NCBI GenBank assembly: GCA_965200155.1
Contig: CBDATR010000010.1
Coordinates: 64,001 to 128,000, forward strand
Direction: 5' to 3'
Length of the DNA: 64,000 nt
DNA from: Nitrosopumilaceae archaeon
GTDB lineage: Archaea > Thermoproteota > Nitrososphaeria > Nitrososphaerales > Nitrosopumilaceae
Shown: positions 10,859 to 20,894 of the stretch, in pieces
How the letters are laid out: every line of letters starts with the position of its first letter
Numbering within the stretch: position 1 is the stretch's first letter
Translations under genes and position numbers: made by a program
The notes under the pieces: generated by a model
What the model saw: the letters and a program-made list of their open reading frames with translations, nothing else
Database searches by the model: none
What the model was told of the DNA's origin: nothing

Positions 10859-11434
10859 ATGAGTGGCGCAAGTGCCCATGATGATACTGAATTAGGCGAG
10901 GAATCACAACCAGAATCCGTAGAGAGTTCCGCGGATACACAAAACATGCCGGATTCCTCTTTGGCCGATGATGGGGAGGATCTTCGAGCACTATTGGAGG
11001 AAGCAAGGCTCCAAGTTACAGAATATGAGGGCAAGTATAGGCGTGCAATGGCCGACTATGTTAACTTGGAGCGCAGAACTGCCTTGGATATAGAGCGACG
11101 CAAGAACCAAGCTACGGACAACCTGCTACGGGAATTTCTGGAGATATATGATGACTTTGTACGCGCTCGGGACTCTTATGGCACTGCCGGTGTTGACATC
11201 ACCGGTCTTGACTCCTTGCTAAAGAATGCCGAGGCTATGCTTGGACGGCAAGGTGTTACTCCTGTCTCCTCAATGGGGGAGCTATTTGATCCAAAGATTC
11301 ACGAGGCATTATCAACAAAGCCGGACTCGTCGTTGGAGGATCAGACAGTCGTGCAGGAGATTAGGAAAGGATATATTATCAGTGATAGAGTTTTAAGAAC
11401 GGCGTTGGTAGTTGTGTCTACTAAAGAGAAGTGA
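10859..11434 (+). CDS. grpE: Nucleotide exchange factor GrpE
   Basis: [20 protein letters not shown]...RVLR.ALV motifs; upstream of dnaK. Confidence 0.95.
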   Translation: MSGASAHDDTELGEESQPESVESSADTQNMPDSSLADDGEDLRALLEEARLQVTEYEGKYRRAMADYVNLERRTALDIERRKNQATDNLLREFLEIYDDFVRARDSYGTAGVDITGLDSLLKNAEAMLGRQGVTPVSSMGELFDPKIHEALSTKPDSSLEDQTVVQEIRKGYIISDRVLRTALVVVSTKEK

Positions 11435-11439
11435 ATAAG

Positions 11440-13302
11440 ATGACAAAAGTAATTGGTATAGACTTGGGTACTAGCAATTCGGCTGCCGCGGTAATGATGG
11501 GGGGCAAACCTACCATAATACCAGCGGCGGAGGGTGCCTCTGTTGGTGGCAAGGCATTTCCTTCGGTAGTTGCATTTGACAAGGACGGAAATCTTTTGGT
11601 GGGTGAGCCCGCCCGTAGGCAAGCGGTAACCAATCCAGATCAAACAATAGTTGCCGCGAAACGAAAGATGGGTAGTGACTATACATTTGATATCTTGGGC
11701 AAGAGCTACAAGCCACAACAGATATCATCATTCATTCTACAAAAGATAAAGAAGGATGCAGAAGCCTTTACCGGGGATAAGGTAGAGAAGGCCGTAATTA
11801 CAGTTCCTGCATACTTTGATGACAATCAAAGGCAGGCCACAAAGGATGCGGGTACCATAGCCGGTCTTGATGTTGTACGTATAATCAATGAGCCCACAGC
11901 GGCATCCTTGGCTTTCGGACTTGACAAGACCGCGCAAGATCTAAAGATTTTGGTCTTTGATTTTGGTGGCGGAACTCTCGACGTTACAATAATGGAGATG
12001 GGCGGTGGCGTATTTGAGGTAATGAGTACCTCTGGAGATACACATCTTGGTGGCACAGACATGGATCGCGCTTTAGTGGATTACGTCTTGGACGAGTTCC
12101 GTAAGACGGAGGGCATAGATCTCTCTGGTGATAATACTGCCATGACCCGTATTAGAGAAGCCTCAGAGAGGGCCAAGATTGAACTCTCTACGGTGATGGA
12201 GACAGTAATAAACTTGCCATTTATTGCGCATGATTCTACCGGTCCCAAAAATTTGGAGGTACACCTTACGCGCGCCAAACTGGAAGACTTGATTGGGCCT
12301 ATTGTGGAGCGATGCCGTACATCATTGGATAAAGCACTCGAAGACGCAAAAATAACCGCTGCAGAGATAAATCGCGTTGTACTTGTGGGTGGACCAACTC
12401 GTATGCCTCTGGTGAAAAAGTTTGTATCTCAAGTAGTAGGAAGGGGTACGGAGGCTGGCGTGGACCCCATGGAAGCGGTGGCTATGGGTGCCGCTATACA
12501 GGCAGGAATAATAGCAGGTGATGTACAGAGTGATATAGTACTTCTTGATGTAACTCCTCTGACGTTAGGTATAGAAACACTAGGCGGCGTCCGTGAACCT
12601 CTAATAGAGCGAAACACGACAATTCCCACATCGAAGGCCAAGGTCTTTACTACCGCCGCAGACAACCAAACCGCGGTAACTATTCATGTGGTGCAAGGGG
12701 AGCGGCCCATGGCATCAGATAACGTATCACTAGGCAGCTTTAACCTTACCGACCTTCCACCATCTCCTCGGGGTGTGCCTCAGATAGAAGTAAAGTTTGA
12801 CATTGATGCCAATGGCATAATCAACGTAACTGCAAAAGATCTGGGTACGCAGAAGGCGGCAAACATAACTATTGAATCCACTTCCAAGATGGACAAGGAT
12901 GAAATTGAAAAACTTCGTGAGGATGCAGATAAGTATGCAGAGGAGGACAAGGTTCGACTTGAGAAAACGGAATTGCGAAACGAGGCGGAGAGCTTTATCT
13001 ATACCACTGAGAAACTGATTACGCAGGATCTAAAGGATAAGATTACGCAGGAACAAGGGATAAAGATTACCGATGCCATAAGAGAGACCCGGGATGTGCT
13101 GGACAAGGATCCCCAAGAACTAAAGGCAAAACTTGATACGCTCAGAAGCATGGTCCATGAGGTAAGTGCCGAATTATACAAGAATACCGGCCCAGCTAAT
13201 GATGACAAGAGCAATGATCAAGGCGACTCCCCACCCGGGCCAGAACAAGAGGATACTGGTGCCGACGCCGATAAGAAAGATAATACCAAGGCGAGTCAGT
13301 AA
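11440..13302 (+). CDS. dnaK: Chaperone DnaK (Hsp70)
   Basis: [32 protein letters not shown] motifs. Confidence 0.98.
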   Translation: MTKVIGIDLGTSNSAAAVMMGGKPTIIPAAEGASVGGKAFPSVVAFDKDGNLLVGEPARRQAVTNPDQTIVAAKRKMGSDYTFDILGKSYKPQQISSFILQKIKKDAEAFTGDKVEKAVITVPAYFDDNQRQATKDAGTIAGLDVVRIINEPTAASLAFGLDKTAQDLKILVFDFGGGTLDVTIMEMGGGVFEVMSTSGDTHLGGTDMDRALVDYVLDEFRKTEGIDLSGDNTAMTRIREASERAKIELSTVMETVINLPFIAHDSTGPKNLEVHLTRAKLEDLIGPIVERCRTSLDKALEDAKITAAEINRVVLVGGPTRMPLVKKFVSQVVGRGTEAGVDPMEAVAMGAAIQAGIIAGDVQSDIVLLDVTPLTLGIETLGGVREPLIERNTTIPTSKAKVFTTAADNQTAVTIHVVQGERPMASDNVSLGSFNLTDLPPSPRGVPQIEVKFDIDANGIINVTAKDLGTQKAANITIESTSKMDKDEIEKLREDADKYAEEDKVRLEKTELRNEAESFIYTTEKLITQDLKDKITQEQGIKITDAIRETRDVLDKDPQELKAKLDTLRSMVHEVSAELYKNTGPANDDKSNDQGDSPPGPEQEDTGADADKKDNTKASQ

Positions 13303-13321
13303 AATTTCATAGTGAGGCCAT

Positions 13322-14380
13322 ATGAGCGCCAAGCGAGATTACTATGAAGTACTGGGAGTATCAGAAAGCGCAGATGCAACTGAGATAAAATCACAGTACC
13401 GAAAGCTGGCCCTAAAATTCCACCCAGATCGTAACAAGTCCGGTGATGCTCAGGAGCATTTCAAGGAGATAACCGAGGCATATGGTGTTTTGTCGGATCC
13501 TCAGAAACGCCAGATTTACGACCAGCGCGGTCATGCGGGTATAGACGGACAGTACACCCAGGAAGATATATTCCAAGGAGCTCGCGGTGGCTTTGGTGAC
13601 ATATTTCAAAATGTGTTTGGTGGTGGCTTTGATTTCTTTGGTGGTGGTGGCGATAGGACTGCACGCGGTGAGGATATATTCCGCGAACTTGAGATTACAC
13701 TAGATGATGTACTTCACGGTAAGACTGTGAGGATGACGCTTAACAAGGAAGTGTCTTGTAATAGTTGTTCTGGCAGTGGCTGCGCGCCAGGTACTTCCAA
13801 GAAGCGGTGTTCCTCATGTAATGGACAAGGGCAAGTACGAAAGTCCCGCCAGACCGGGTTTGCATCTTTTGTTACTGTGGAAACCTGCAGGGACTGCCGA
13901 GGGGCGGGCTCTGTCAATCAAAAACCTTGCAGGGACTGCCGAGGATCTGGTCGGCGCCAAGGATCCAAAGAGGTGCAATTTGATCTACCCAAGGGTTTAG
14001 AAAGTGGGGATTACCGAATATCTGGCGCTGGTAACGAGGTGCCTGGTGGAATAAGCGGTGACCTCATGGTACGGGTGAATATAAAGTCCCACCTGGACTT
14101 TCGGCGCGATGGAGCAAACATTTACTTTGACAGACACATTAGTATGGTAGATGCCGCCTTGGGCGGTAAATTTCCGGTTCCGACACTGGAGGGTTCTAGC
14201 AGTGTAAAGGTGGATGCTGGAACACAGCCTAACACAATAATAAAGATGGGCGGAAAGGGACTTCCAAAAATGAACAAATGGGGAAGGGGAGATCAGTTTG
14301 TTAGGATTGTGGTGGATATACCTACAAAACTGACCCGAAAACAGAAAACACTGCTCCAGGAATTCGTTGAATCAAATTAG
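13322..14380 (+). CDS. dnaJ: Chaperone DnaJ
   Basis: J domain HPD, G/F-rich region, four CxxCxGxG repeats. Confidence 0.98.
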   Translation: MSAKRDYYEVLGVSESADATEIKSQYRKLALKFHPDRNKSGDAQEHFKEITEAYGVLSDPQKRQIYDQRGHAGIDGQYTQEDIFQGARGGFGDIFQNVFGGGFDFFGGGGDRTARGEDIFRELEITLDDVLHGKTVRMTLNKEVSCNSCSGSGCAPGTSKKRCSSCNGQGQVRKSRQTGFASFVTVETCRDCRGAGSVNQKPCRDCRGSGRRQGSKEVQFDLPKGLESGDYRISGAGNEVPGGISGDLMVRVNIKSHLDFRRDGANIYFDRHISMVDAALGGKFPVPTLEGSSSVKVDAGTQPNTIIKMGGKGLPKMNKWGRGDQFVRIVVDIPTKLTRKQKTLLQEFVESN

Positions 14381-14486
14381 GGGTTATCTCGATTTTTGGG
14401 TGTTCTTGTATTGGTCTATCATTTGGTGCCATAGATTACCTCAACACTCAACAAATCGACGTTTTCTTGAATGTGCCACATTTTTC

Positions 14487-14578
14487 GTATGAGTTCATCT
14501 GTGTCTAAATTTACGCATAACTGATCGCGACAGTTAATGTGATTTGTGCATAAGATTCCGGAAGACGTGAACTCATAC
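14487..14578 (-). mobile_element. MITE-A copy 1 (92 bp)
   Basis: TIR GTATGAGTTCA.../...GTGAACTCATAC; 8-bp TSD CATTTTTC. Confidence 0.92.
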
Positions 14579-14697
14579 CATTTTTCACTTGGGCAGTTTA
14601 CCCTAAAACTTTACTAAATACAAAAAAATATTGCAACGACTCATTTGACATCAACTAACTCCAAACGTTAATTAGGACTTTGCTTATTGCGGTACTG

Positions 14698-15048
14698 ATG
14701 GCAAATTTCAAGGTCAACATATCTGACTCCAAAGGTACATCCATAAGCAGAGAGCTTAAGGACAGTGATGCTATTCCACTGCTAGGATTGCAGATAGGAA
14801 ATGAAGTTGATGCCTCTATAGTTAACTTGGAAGGAAATCTTCGAGTAACTGGCGGGAGTGATAAGTCTGGCGTACCGATGAGGTCGGACATTCACGAAGC
14901 TAATAGGAAAAGGGTCTTGATCACGAAAAGTGTTGGCCTTCGCAAGGCCGAAGCGGGACAGCGTGTGCGGAAACTCATGCGCGGGAACACCATATCGGAG
15001 GAAGTTTACCAAGTGAACTGCCGATATGATGGTGTCATAGAAGCCTAG
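14698..15048 (+). CDS. rps6e: 30S ribosomal protein S6e
   Basis: RVTGGSDKSGVPMR, RKLMRGNTIS motifs; upstream of aIF2 gamma. Confidence 0.93.
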   Translation: MANFKVNISDSKGTSISRELKDSDAIPLLGLQIGNEVDASIVNLEGNLRVTGGSDKSGVPMRSDIHEANRKRVLITKSVGLRKAEAGQRVRKLMRGNTISEEVYQVNCRYDGVIEA

Positions 15049-15373
15049 CAGAGTATATTTGGCCCCCCCCAGTGATAAAATTGTGCATGTTCCTATATTC
15101 ACTAATTCAGTAGACAAATCGTACTGTTATCGTTCCACGACAGAACTAATCGTTAAAGCCAATCGTGTACCAATCTAGGCGCAGTTAAACTCTCACACAA
15201 ACTTGTTTAAACTTCTTACACAAAATTTAGTGCAGTTTTAGCCCGTTCTAGATGTGTGACCATACGACAAAATTTGCGCCGGTTCTGTGACATGACTAGG
15301 TGTTTCACTAAATTTGCTCCTGTTCCAGAATGATCTCGTCAATCACAACGTATCTTGCATTACTTCATTATCC

Positions 15374-15465
15374 GTACGAGTTCACGTCTTCCGGAATCTT
15401 ATGCACAAATCACATTAACTGTCGCGATCAGTTATGCGTAAATTTAGACAGAGGTGAACTCACAC
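15374..15465 (+). mobile_element. MITE-A copy 2 (92 bp)
   Basis: Slightly mutated TIRs; 8-bp TSD CATTATCC. Confidence 0.92.
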
Positions 15466-15479
15466 CATTATCCAGTAGA

Positions 15480-15526
15480 TAGACCTTATGCGAAGAATCC
15501 CCTCTCTATATGCTTGAATCAAGTTG
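15480..15526 (+). mobile_element. Diverged left-end remnant of the IS5 (ISL2-like) element
   Basis: TAGACCTTATGCGAAGAATC resembles the left end TAGACCTTATGCGCAGAATC at 20895. Confidence 0.5.
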
Positions 15527-15710
15527 ACGCATATGAACAATTGCTCTTATTAGCGACTGCCATAAGTCTCTGGGCAAGAAATTCTCCATTTACCATATAC
15601 AATCCCAGTCTTGTATACTACAGACGTGTGAGACACCCCATACTTGAGTAGAACTAACTAGTTACCAAAACACATGCTATTTAACCTACCGAGAAAGACA
15701 AACTGTTACG

Positions 15711-16973
15711 ATGCATTGGAGAGAAACATTGCCAGAGTGGTACACAAAAAAGTATGGGTATCAGCCGTGTGTGAACATAGGTACGGCTGGGCATGTGGAT
15801 CATGGAAAGACCACTTTGATACAGGCGCTCACTGGATCTTGGACCAGTGTACACAGTCAGGAACTAAAGCGTGGCATCACTATACGTGTAGGGTATTCCG
15901 ATGCGGCGTTCTACAAATGTGGCTCCTGTGAGGAACCCAAAGGATATTCTACCCAGCCTTCATGTCCACACTGCGGAGAATCTGGAGAATTGTCTAGGGT
16001 CGTAAGCTTTGTTGACAGTCCCGGTCATGAGAGCCTTATGGCTAATATGCTGTCCGGCTCTGCATTAATGGATGGCGCCCTCTTGCTTGTTGCTGCAAAT
16101 GAGAAGGTACCTAGACCTCAAACCAAGGAACACTTGCTAGCATTACAAACATTGGGGATAAAACAAATTATCATACTACAGAACAAGGTTGATCTTATGG
16201 GGTATAATGATGTGTTATCAAACTATAAGGATATACAAAAATTTGTTCATGGAACTGCTGCAGAATCCTCGCCGGTCATACCTGTGTCTGCGCAATCAGA
16301 TCTAAACATTGATGCAATAATTGGAGCAATTGAGTCTACAATAAAAACTCCCACTCGAGATAACTCCAAGAGTGCCATAATGCATGTATTGCGCTCATTT
16401 GACATAAACAAACCTGATACGCCTATCAAAAAAATACACGGTGGTGTAATAGGTGGTAGCCTCACGCAAGGCACATTTGAAGTGGGTGACGAAATTGAGA
16501 TAAAACCCGGCATTTTCAATGATAAAAAGAAAAGATATGAGCCAGTATGCACTACAATTGTATCGCTGGGTACCGGTGCTGGCAGAGTCGATAAAGCCAT
16601 GCCCGGAGGACTCGTGGCCATAGGTACAAAGCTTGATCCGGCCATGACACACAGCGACTCGCTCATAGGTTCCGTGATTGGAAAACCAGATACTCTACCA
16701 GAGAACACAACAAGTCTCGAGATAAGTGTAAACTTGTTTGATTCTGCAGTAGGCGCATCTAGTGATGTTAAGGTTGTGCCAATTACTATTGGTGAAATGC
16801 TACGGCTAAACATAGGAACCGCCCCTGTCCTAGGTAAGGTGACCAGGGTGAAAAAGCATACGGTGAAGATTGATCTACGCAGGCCTGCTTGTATATTCAA
16901 AGATGAGAATGTTGCCATAAGTAGAAGAATTGCAGAGCGATGGCGCCTTATTGGTGCAGGTACCGTTGCCTGA
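15711..16973 (+). CDS. eif2g: Translation initiation factor aIF2 gamma subunit
   Basis: GHVDHGKTT, RGITIR, DSPGHE, NKVD, RWRLIG motifs and Zn ribbon. Confidence 0.97.
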   Translation: MHWRETLPEWYTKKYGYQPCVNIGTAGHVDHGKTTLIQALTGSWTSVHSQELKRGITIRVGYSDAAFYKCGSCEEPKGYSTQPSCPHCGESGELSRVVSFVDSPGHESLMANMLSGSALMDGALLLVAANEKVPRPQTKEHLLALQTLGIKQIIILQNKVDLMGYNDVLSNYKDIQKFVHGTAAESSPVIPVSAQSDLNIDAIIGAIESTIKTPTRDNSKSAIMHVLRSFDINKPDTPIKKIHGGVIGGSLTQGTFEVGDEIEIKPGIFNDKKKRYEPVCTTIVSLGTGAGRVDKAMPGGLVAIGTKLDPAMTHSDSLIGSVIGKPDTLPENTTSLEISVNLFDSAVGASSDVKVVPITIGEMLRLNIGTAPVLGKVTRVKKHTVKIDLRRPACIFKDENVAISRRIAERWRLIGAGTVA

Positions 16974-17331
16974 AATCATCTGTGACACATCTTTTCTCAT
17001 GCACATATCCACTGGCCGCATATTCAATATGGATAGTCTTCAAATAGATATAGGAAGACTTGACTACATTGTGCCTAATGTAGTACTGTATGAGTTAGAG
17101 CGTCTCTCCGAAAATCCTACAAAACGGCATGATGCAGAAGCGGCGCTACGCCTTACTCGTGGCATGAGATGTATTCATCTTGGTGGTAAAAATGCAGATT
17201 CTGCCATAGTGAGATACGTTCAAAAACGTGGTGTATTGGCGGCAACCATGGACCGGAATTTAAAAAAAGCAGTTAGAAACGCGGGCGGTCGCACAATTTC
17301 CATACATAATGATCACATTGTGCTGGATTAG
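16966..17331 (+). CDS. PIN-domain protein (Fcf1/Utp24-like)
   Basis: ICDTSFL, VLYEL, ADSAI, ATMDR acidic PIN motifs; usual position after aIF2 gamma. Confidence 0.85.
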   Translation: MPEIICDTSFLMHISTGRIFNMDSLQIDIGRLDYIVPNVVLYELERLSENPTKRHDAEAALRLTRGMRCIHLGGKNADSAIVRYVQKRGVLAATMDRNLKKAVRNAGGRTISIHNDHIVLD

Positions 17332-17453
17332 TACTATGCTCTCAGAGAATAATGTGGTGGATTGGTATGGGTTAGCATGTATTCAAATTTACACAAGGTG
17401 GTTAGCAACAATTTGCATGATTTATGTAAGTATTTGGAAAAGATGTGAATTTA

Positions 17454-18497
17454 TTATTTAGTTTTCATTAACACTTCTATTGTTTTTTTAAGTATGGGAT
17501 ATGGATCTTCCATCTCCTGTACTAGTTTACGAGCCTTTATCATATATGGTTCATGTGATCTTTGTAACAGTTTCTTTGTCATATTCACAGCTTGATCAGG
17601 AGTAGTTGCGCGAAAGAGTATTCCTTGTCGTACTAACAATCGTTCTATATAATTAGATATAGTGTTGGTGGATATAGTGGGTATGCCCATAAGTGCTGAT
17701 TCGGCAGTCATTGTTCCACCAGATCCTATGAAGAGATCTATGCTACTTAGTAAATCTTTGCTGTTATAGGATTTTGTTAAAATTTTAACATTGTTTCCAA
17801 ATAATTTTTGAAGATTTTTTATTTGATCGGTATACCTTGGGAGAACAACAATATTGGCCTCGCTTATTTCTGATACAAGCGCGCTTAATATTTGCCGCAT
17901 ATTGTTCTCAGTTTGTATATATGCAGATTGCTCTTCCGCCATTCGAAATAGTATTGTTTTGTGACGACTATGAGTAAAAAGCGTTGGGTTATTAGATGTA
18001 TTATGTTGTAGTAGAATGACAGCTGCGTCAATGGCTTTATACGTAACTATGTGTTGCGATTCTATTCCATATCTAGTAAACGCTGATCTTGGAATGTATG
18101 CTGGAATGAGTAATTTTTGTACTAGCGGAATACATAATTTCATCGTGTGTATTATATGAGGAGAGTCTGAAAAGGCTATGTGCTTTATCCCAAGACCGAA
18201 AGAAACACGCGCTGCTTCTGGAGAGCAAAAGCTTATTGTAAGATCTATATTTTTTTTTAGTATAAATTTCTGAAGTTGGGCTATCCGAGCCACACTTGAA
18301 CGTAGTTTTTCCTCTCTCTCTACGCCTCCGTGTCTTCCTATCACATTTAATTTTGTTTTGTGTATTTTTGTTAAATTTTCAAGCTCTCTATACCTTCGAC
18401 CCGTACAAATAACAGTATGTTCATTACTTAGATTATTTACCATATATGAAAAGAAAAGAAATTGCTTAGGAGTCAGAATATCGAACCATATATTCAT
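17454..18497 (-). CDS. DUF354 family GT-B fold protein (putative glycosyltransferase)
   Basis: MNIWFDILTPKQ N-terminus, IGSGGTMTAESALMGIPTI motif; visibly AT-rich. Confidence 0.85.
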   Translation of the reverse strand: MNIWFDILTPKQFLFFSYMVNNLSNEHTVICTGRRYRELENLTKIHKTKLNVIGRHGGVEREEKLRSSVARIAQLQKFILKKNIDLTISFCSPEAARVSFGLGIKHIAFSDSPHIIHTMKLCIPLVQKLLIPAYIPRSAFTRYGIESQHIVTYKAIDAAVILLQHNTSNNPTLFTHSRHKTILFRMAEEQSAYIQTENNMRQILSALVSEISEANIVVLPRYTDQIKNLQKLFGNNVKILTKSYNSKDLLSSIDLFIGSGGTMTAESALMGIPTISTNTISNYIERLLVRQGILFRATTPDQAVNMTKKLLQRSHEPYMIKARKLVQEMEDPYPILKKTIEVLMKTK

Positions 18498-18814
18498 ATT
18501 AGTATTTGTTTAGCATCACCATTGAATAATGTTTTGATTCAGTAGACCTTATGCGCATGATTGACAGTAGCAGCACATGTTGCTTCAAACTAGGGTGTAT
18601 TTTATGGCACACAATCAGTCAAGCATGAACAATGTTAATGGCACCTGCCAGCACTAACGTATGCCGTGATTGCAAATGTCGTGTAGTGGGGTGACCGGAT
18701 CTTGATGACGTATATCATGAGTGAGCTAAATGGTTACCACAAAACCCATTAATTTAGTGGATTTTCTGATAAGTAATATTTGAATTATAATAACACGGAA
18801 ATTATGGACAGATA

Positions 18815-18906
18815 GTATGAGTTCACCTGTGTCTAAATTTACGCATAACTGATCGCGACAGTTAATGTGATTTGTGCATAAGATTCCGGAAGACGTGAAC
18901 TCATAC
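18815..18906 (-). mobile_element. MITE-A copy 3 (92 bp), no TSD
   Basis: Perfect TIRs; flanks GACAGATA / AATTTCTT differ, implying adjacent deletion or recombination. Confidence 0.9.
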
Positions 18907-18936
18907 AATTTCTTTTCCAATTCATTTACATAATTT

Positions 18937-19177
18937 CTAATAATTTGGTATGTGATTTCGTATTTCTTCTATGGTGCGTGACGTATATGCTTCCAATACT
19001 CTCACACGTTCCTTGTAATGTGCAAGATCTTTCTTGGTAGACGCAAGATCACGGTGTGATAAATCAATAATATAGCCACGCCCTCTTGTAATGTGCAAGA
19101 TCTTTCTTGGTAGACGCAAGGGTATCCTGAAGTTTATTTTCCAGTTCCAATTCCTTATAGGACCGGCGTCTTCTCAT
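18937..19177 (-). pseudogene. Coiled-coil ORF remnant next to a GTATGAGTTTACGTG end (probable N-terminus of the MITE-A partner transposase), disrupted by a 73-bp duplication-insertion
   Basis: Removing 19048-19120 restores MRRRRSYKELELENKLQDTLASTKKDLAHYKERVRVLEAYTSRTIEEIRNHIPNY; TIR at 19243-19266. Confidence 0.55.
19012..19120. repeat. Exact 36-bp direct repeat flanking a unique 37-bp insert (CRISPR-unit geometry)
   Basis: CTTGTAATGTGCAAGATCTTTCTTGGTAGACGCAAG at 19012-19047 and 19085-19120. Confidence 0.9.
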
Positions 19178-19572
19178 TAGATTCTTATTGCAAATTTTGT
19201 ATTTAAGTAAAATATTGCCATGCCAATCTATATCTTAGTGAATGATCAAAACACGTAAACTCATACGAATTGTGTGCTTCAAGTTTGGCGTGCAGGATGT
19301 CAATTTTTCCACGCAAGCTTGTTACTTCGGCATCAGACTCGGTGCGTAGCCGATTGTACTCTGTTATTAACTGCTCCTTGGTGAGTTCTTCTACTTTTAG
19401 CATACCAGATATTACAAGATTAGACCTTTTCTGTTTCACACACGTGTTTGTGTTAGGCCAATCATTTGCATCTATAAACTTGGTTTAAACGTGTAATGTT
19501 GGACAAGTGATTCTGCGCATAAGGTCTAATAACAGGGCGCATTACAGTGTCATATGACTCCGCATGATTTTC

Positions 19573-19664
19573 GTATGAGTTCACGTCTTCCGGAATCTTG
19601 TGCACAAATCACATTAACTGTCGCGATCAGTTGTGCGTAAATTTAGACACAGGTGAACTCATAC
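19573..19664 (+). mobile_element. MITE-A copy 4 (92 bp)
   Basis: Perfect TIRs; 8-bp TSD TGATTTTC. Confidence 0.93.
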
Positions 19665-19812
19665 TGATTTTCTGGTTCTTGTACTAAATCGTAGATAATT
19701 CTGTGTTTTATCATCATATTTCTGATCATGTTCCATAACAACTATAATTTCATCTGAAAACAAGTGCACCATGTGGCATTCCCGTGTATTTGCGGGCTAT
19801 TTGCATAAACTG

Positions 19813-20745
19813 CTATGCATCACTTTCCAAGCGAAAGTCAGTAGGTTGCATATTTGCAACCTCTATGAGTTTAATCGCGTATCTAATACTTTGTTCTGGG
19901 GCTGTATTTGTCTCCACAAAAAACGTGTCACATACTGTCTTAGGAGTACGAAATTGTTTATGGTTTGGGTGAAATGGAACAGTGTTCATGACACTGTTTT
20001 TAGGACCCGCTACAACAGGACAGTTTTTTTTACCAATCTTTTTGTTTTTTATTAACCATTCTGCAATTTCTGTCTGTAATTGTATCCATTTTTTCAATTT
20101 TACCCTTTTGTTATCCGGAAGTTTGAGCATAGGCGGCCCCATGCCTTTTTTGTAAGAGAATTTGTCTATTGGCACACCAGTCTCTTGCACTGTATCTTTC
20201 TTGGTGGGGGTTGACAATATGGTTGCATCCTGCACAATTTGCGAACCTGATTCGGAGTTTGTTTTATCAGTATCGCTGGGTATCTTGGCTTGTACGGCTT
20301 GACGATGTAGGTACATAATGTTTGGTAGTACAACATTCATAGATCCTGTTACGTGGAATTCAGTTTTTGCACTATCTAATGAATGATTTTTATCATATAT
20401 CTGCCAAAACCTACCGTCAGTAAGCACACCATAACGTACGTTCTCACTTTTCAGATAACCACGTAGTTGATTACGAAAAACATACATTTTTTGTTCGTTC
20501 AATTTTTTTACTTCAATTACCATATCTTGTCCCAACACATAATCCATACGTCCATTCTCGTTGGTACGACTCTCTGTAGTAACTTGATCCGGGTCTGATA
20601 AATCCCAATCCAATGCTCTGAGTAATGGATCTATTAACACATACCTAGTCAATGTTTCACTATTGACTAATAAACTCTCATGCTTTTTGATTTTAATTCG
20701 TATAATTTCGATGGCATTTATTACTGACTCCAACTCTATTACCAT
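19813..20745 (-). CDS. HsdR_N-like PD-(D/E)XK nuclease fused to a C-terminal putative DNA-reader domain
   Basis: E..TR..LIDPLLRAL.WD, GRMDYVL, IEVKK, QLRGY, GVLTDG..W motifs of type I restriction HsdR N-terminal domain; no helicase domain. Confidence 0.75.
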   Translation of the reverse strand: MVIELESVINAIEIIRIKIKKHESLLVNSETLTRYVLIDPLLRALDWDLSDPDQVTTESRTNENGRMDYVLGQDMVIEVKKLNEQKMYVFRNQLRGYLKSENVRYGVLTDGRFWQIYDKNHSLDSAKTEFHVTGSMNVVLPNIMYLHRQAVQAKIPSDTDKTNSESGSQIVQDATILSTPTKKDTVQETGVPIDKFSYKKGMGPPMLKLPDNKRVKLKKWIQLQTEIAEWLIKNKKIGKKNCPVVAGPKNSVMNTVPFHPNHKQFRTPKTVCDTFFVETNTAPEQSIRYAIKLIEVANMQPTDFRLESDA

Positions 20746-20835
20746 ATCACAATACGTTATAAATATACCTATGTCTAGATTTTTGAAGTAATAAATTAAT
20801 TATTTCAAGAGTAACATTCAAAGATCAAAGGAGAT

Positions 20836-20894
20836 GTATGAGTTCACGTGTTTTGATCATACAATGATATAGAAACCGCATTATGACTCGATGT
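20836..20894 (+). mobile_element. Isolated end of an element sharing the MITE-A TIR
   Basis: GTATGAGTTCACGTGTTTTGATCA matches the reverse complement of 19243-19266 at 23/24; cut off by the IS5 at 20895. Confidence 0.65.

Larger units (their letters stand above)
18543..19528 (-). mobile_element. IS5-family (ISL2-like) element with transposase interior replaced by MITE-A plus a second element end
   Basis: Both TIRs TAGACCTTATGCGCA; both ends match the intact copy 21762-23277; 18815-19266 is foreign. Confidence 0.85.

Noticed and set aside
18940-19200. Canonical CRISPR array with AT-rich leader
   Set aside because: Only two repeats, no cas genes in the window, and the repeat is in-frame coding sequence of an interrupted ORF; the weak third 'repeat' near 18944-18980 is unconvincing. 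Reported as ectopic integration instead.
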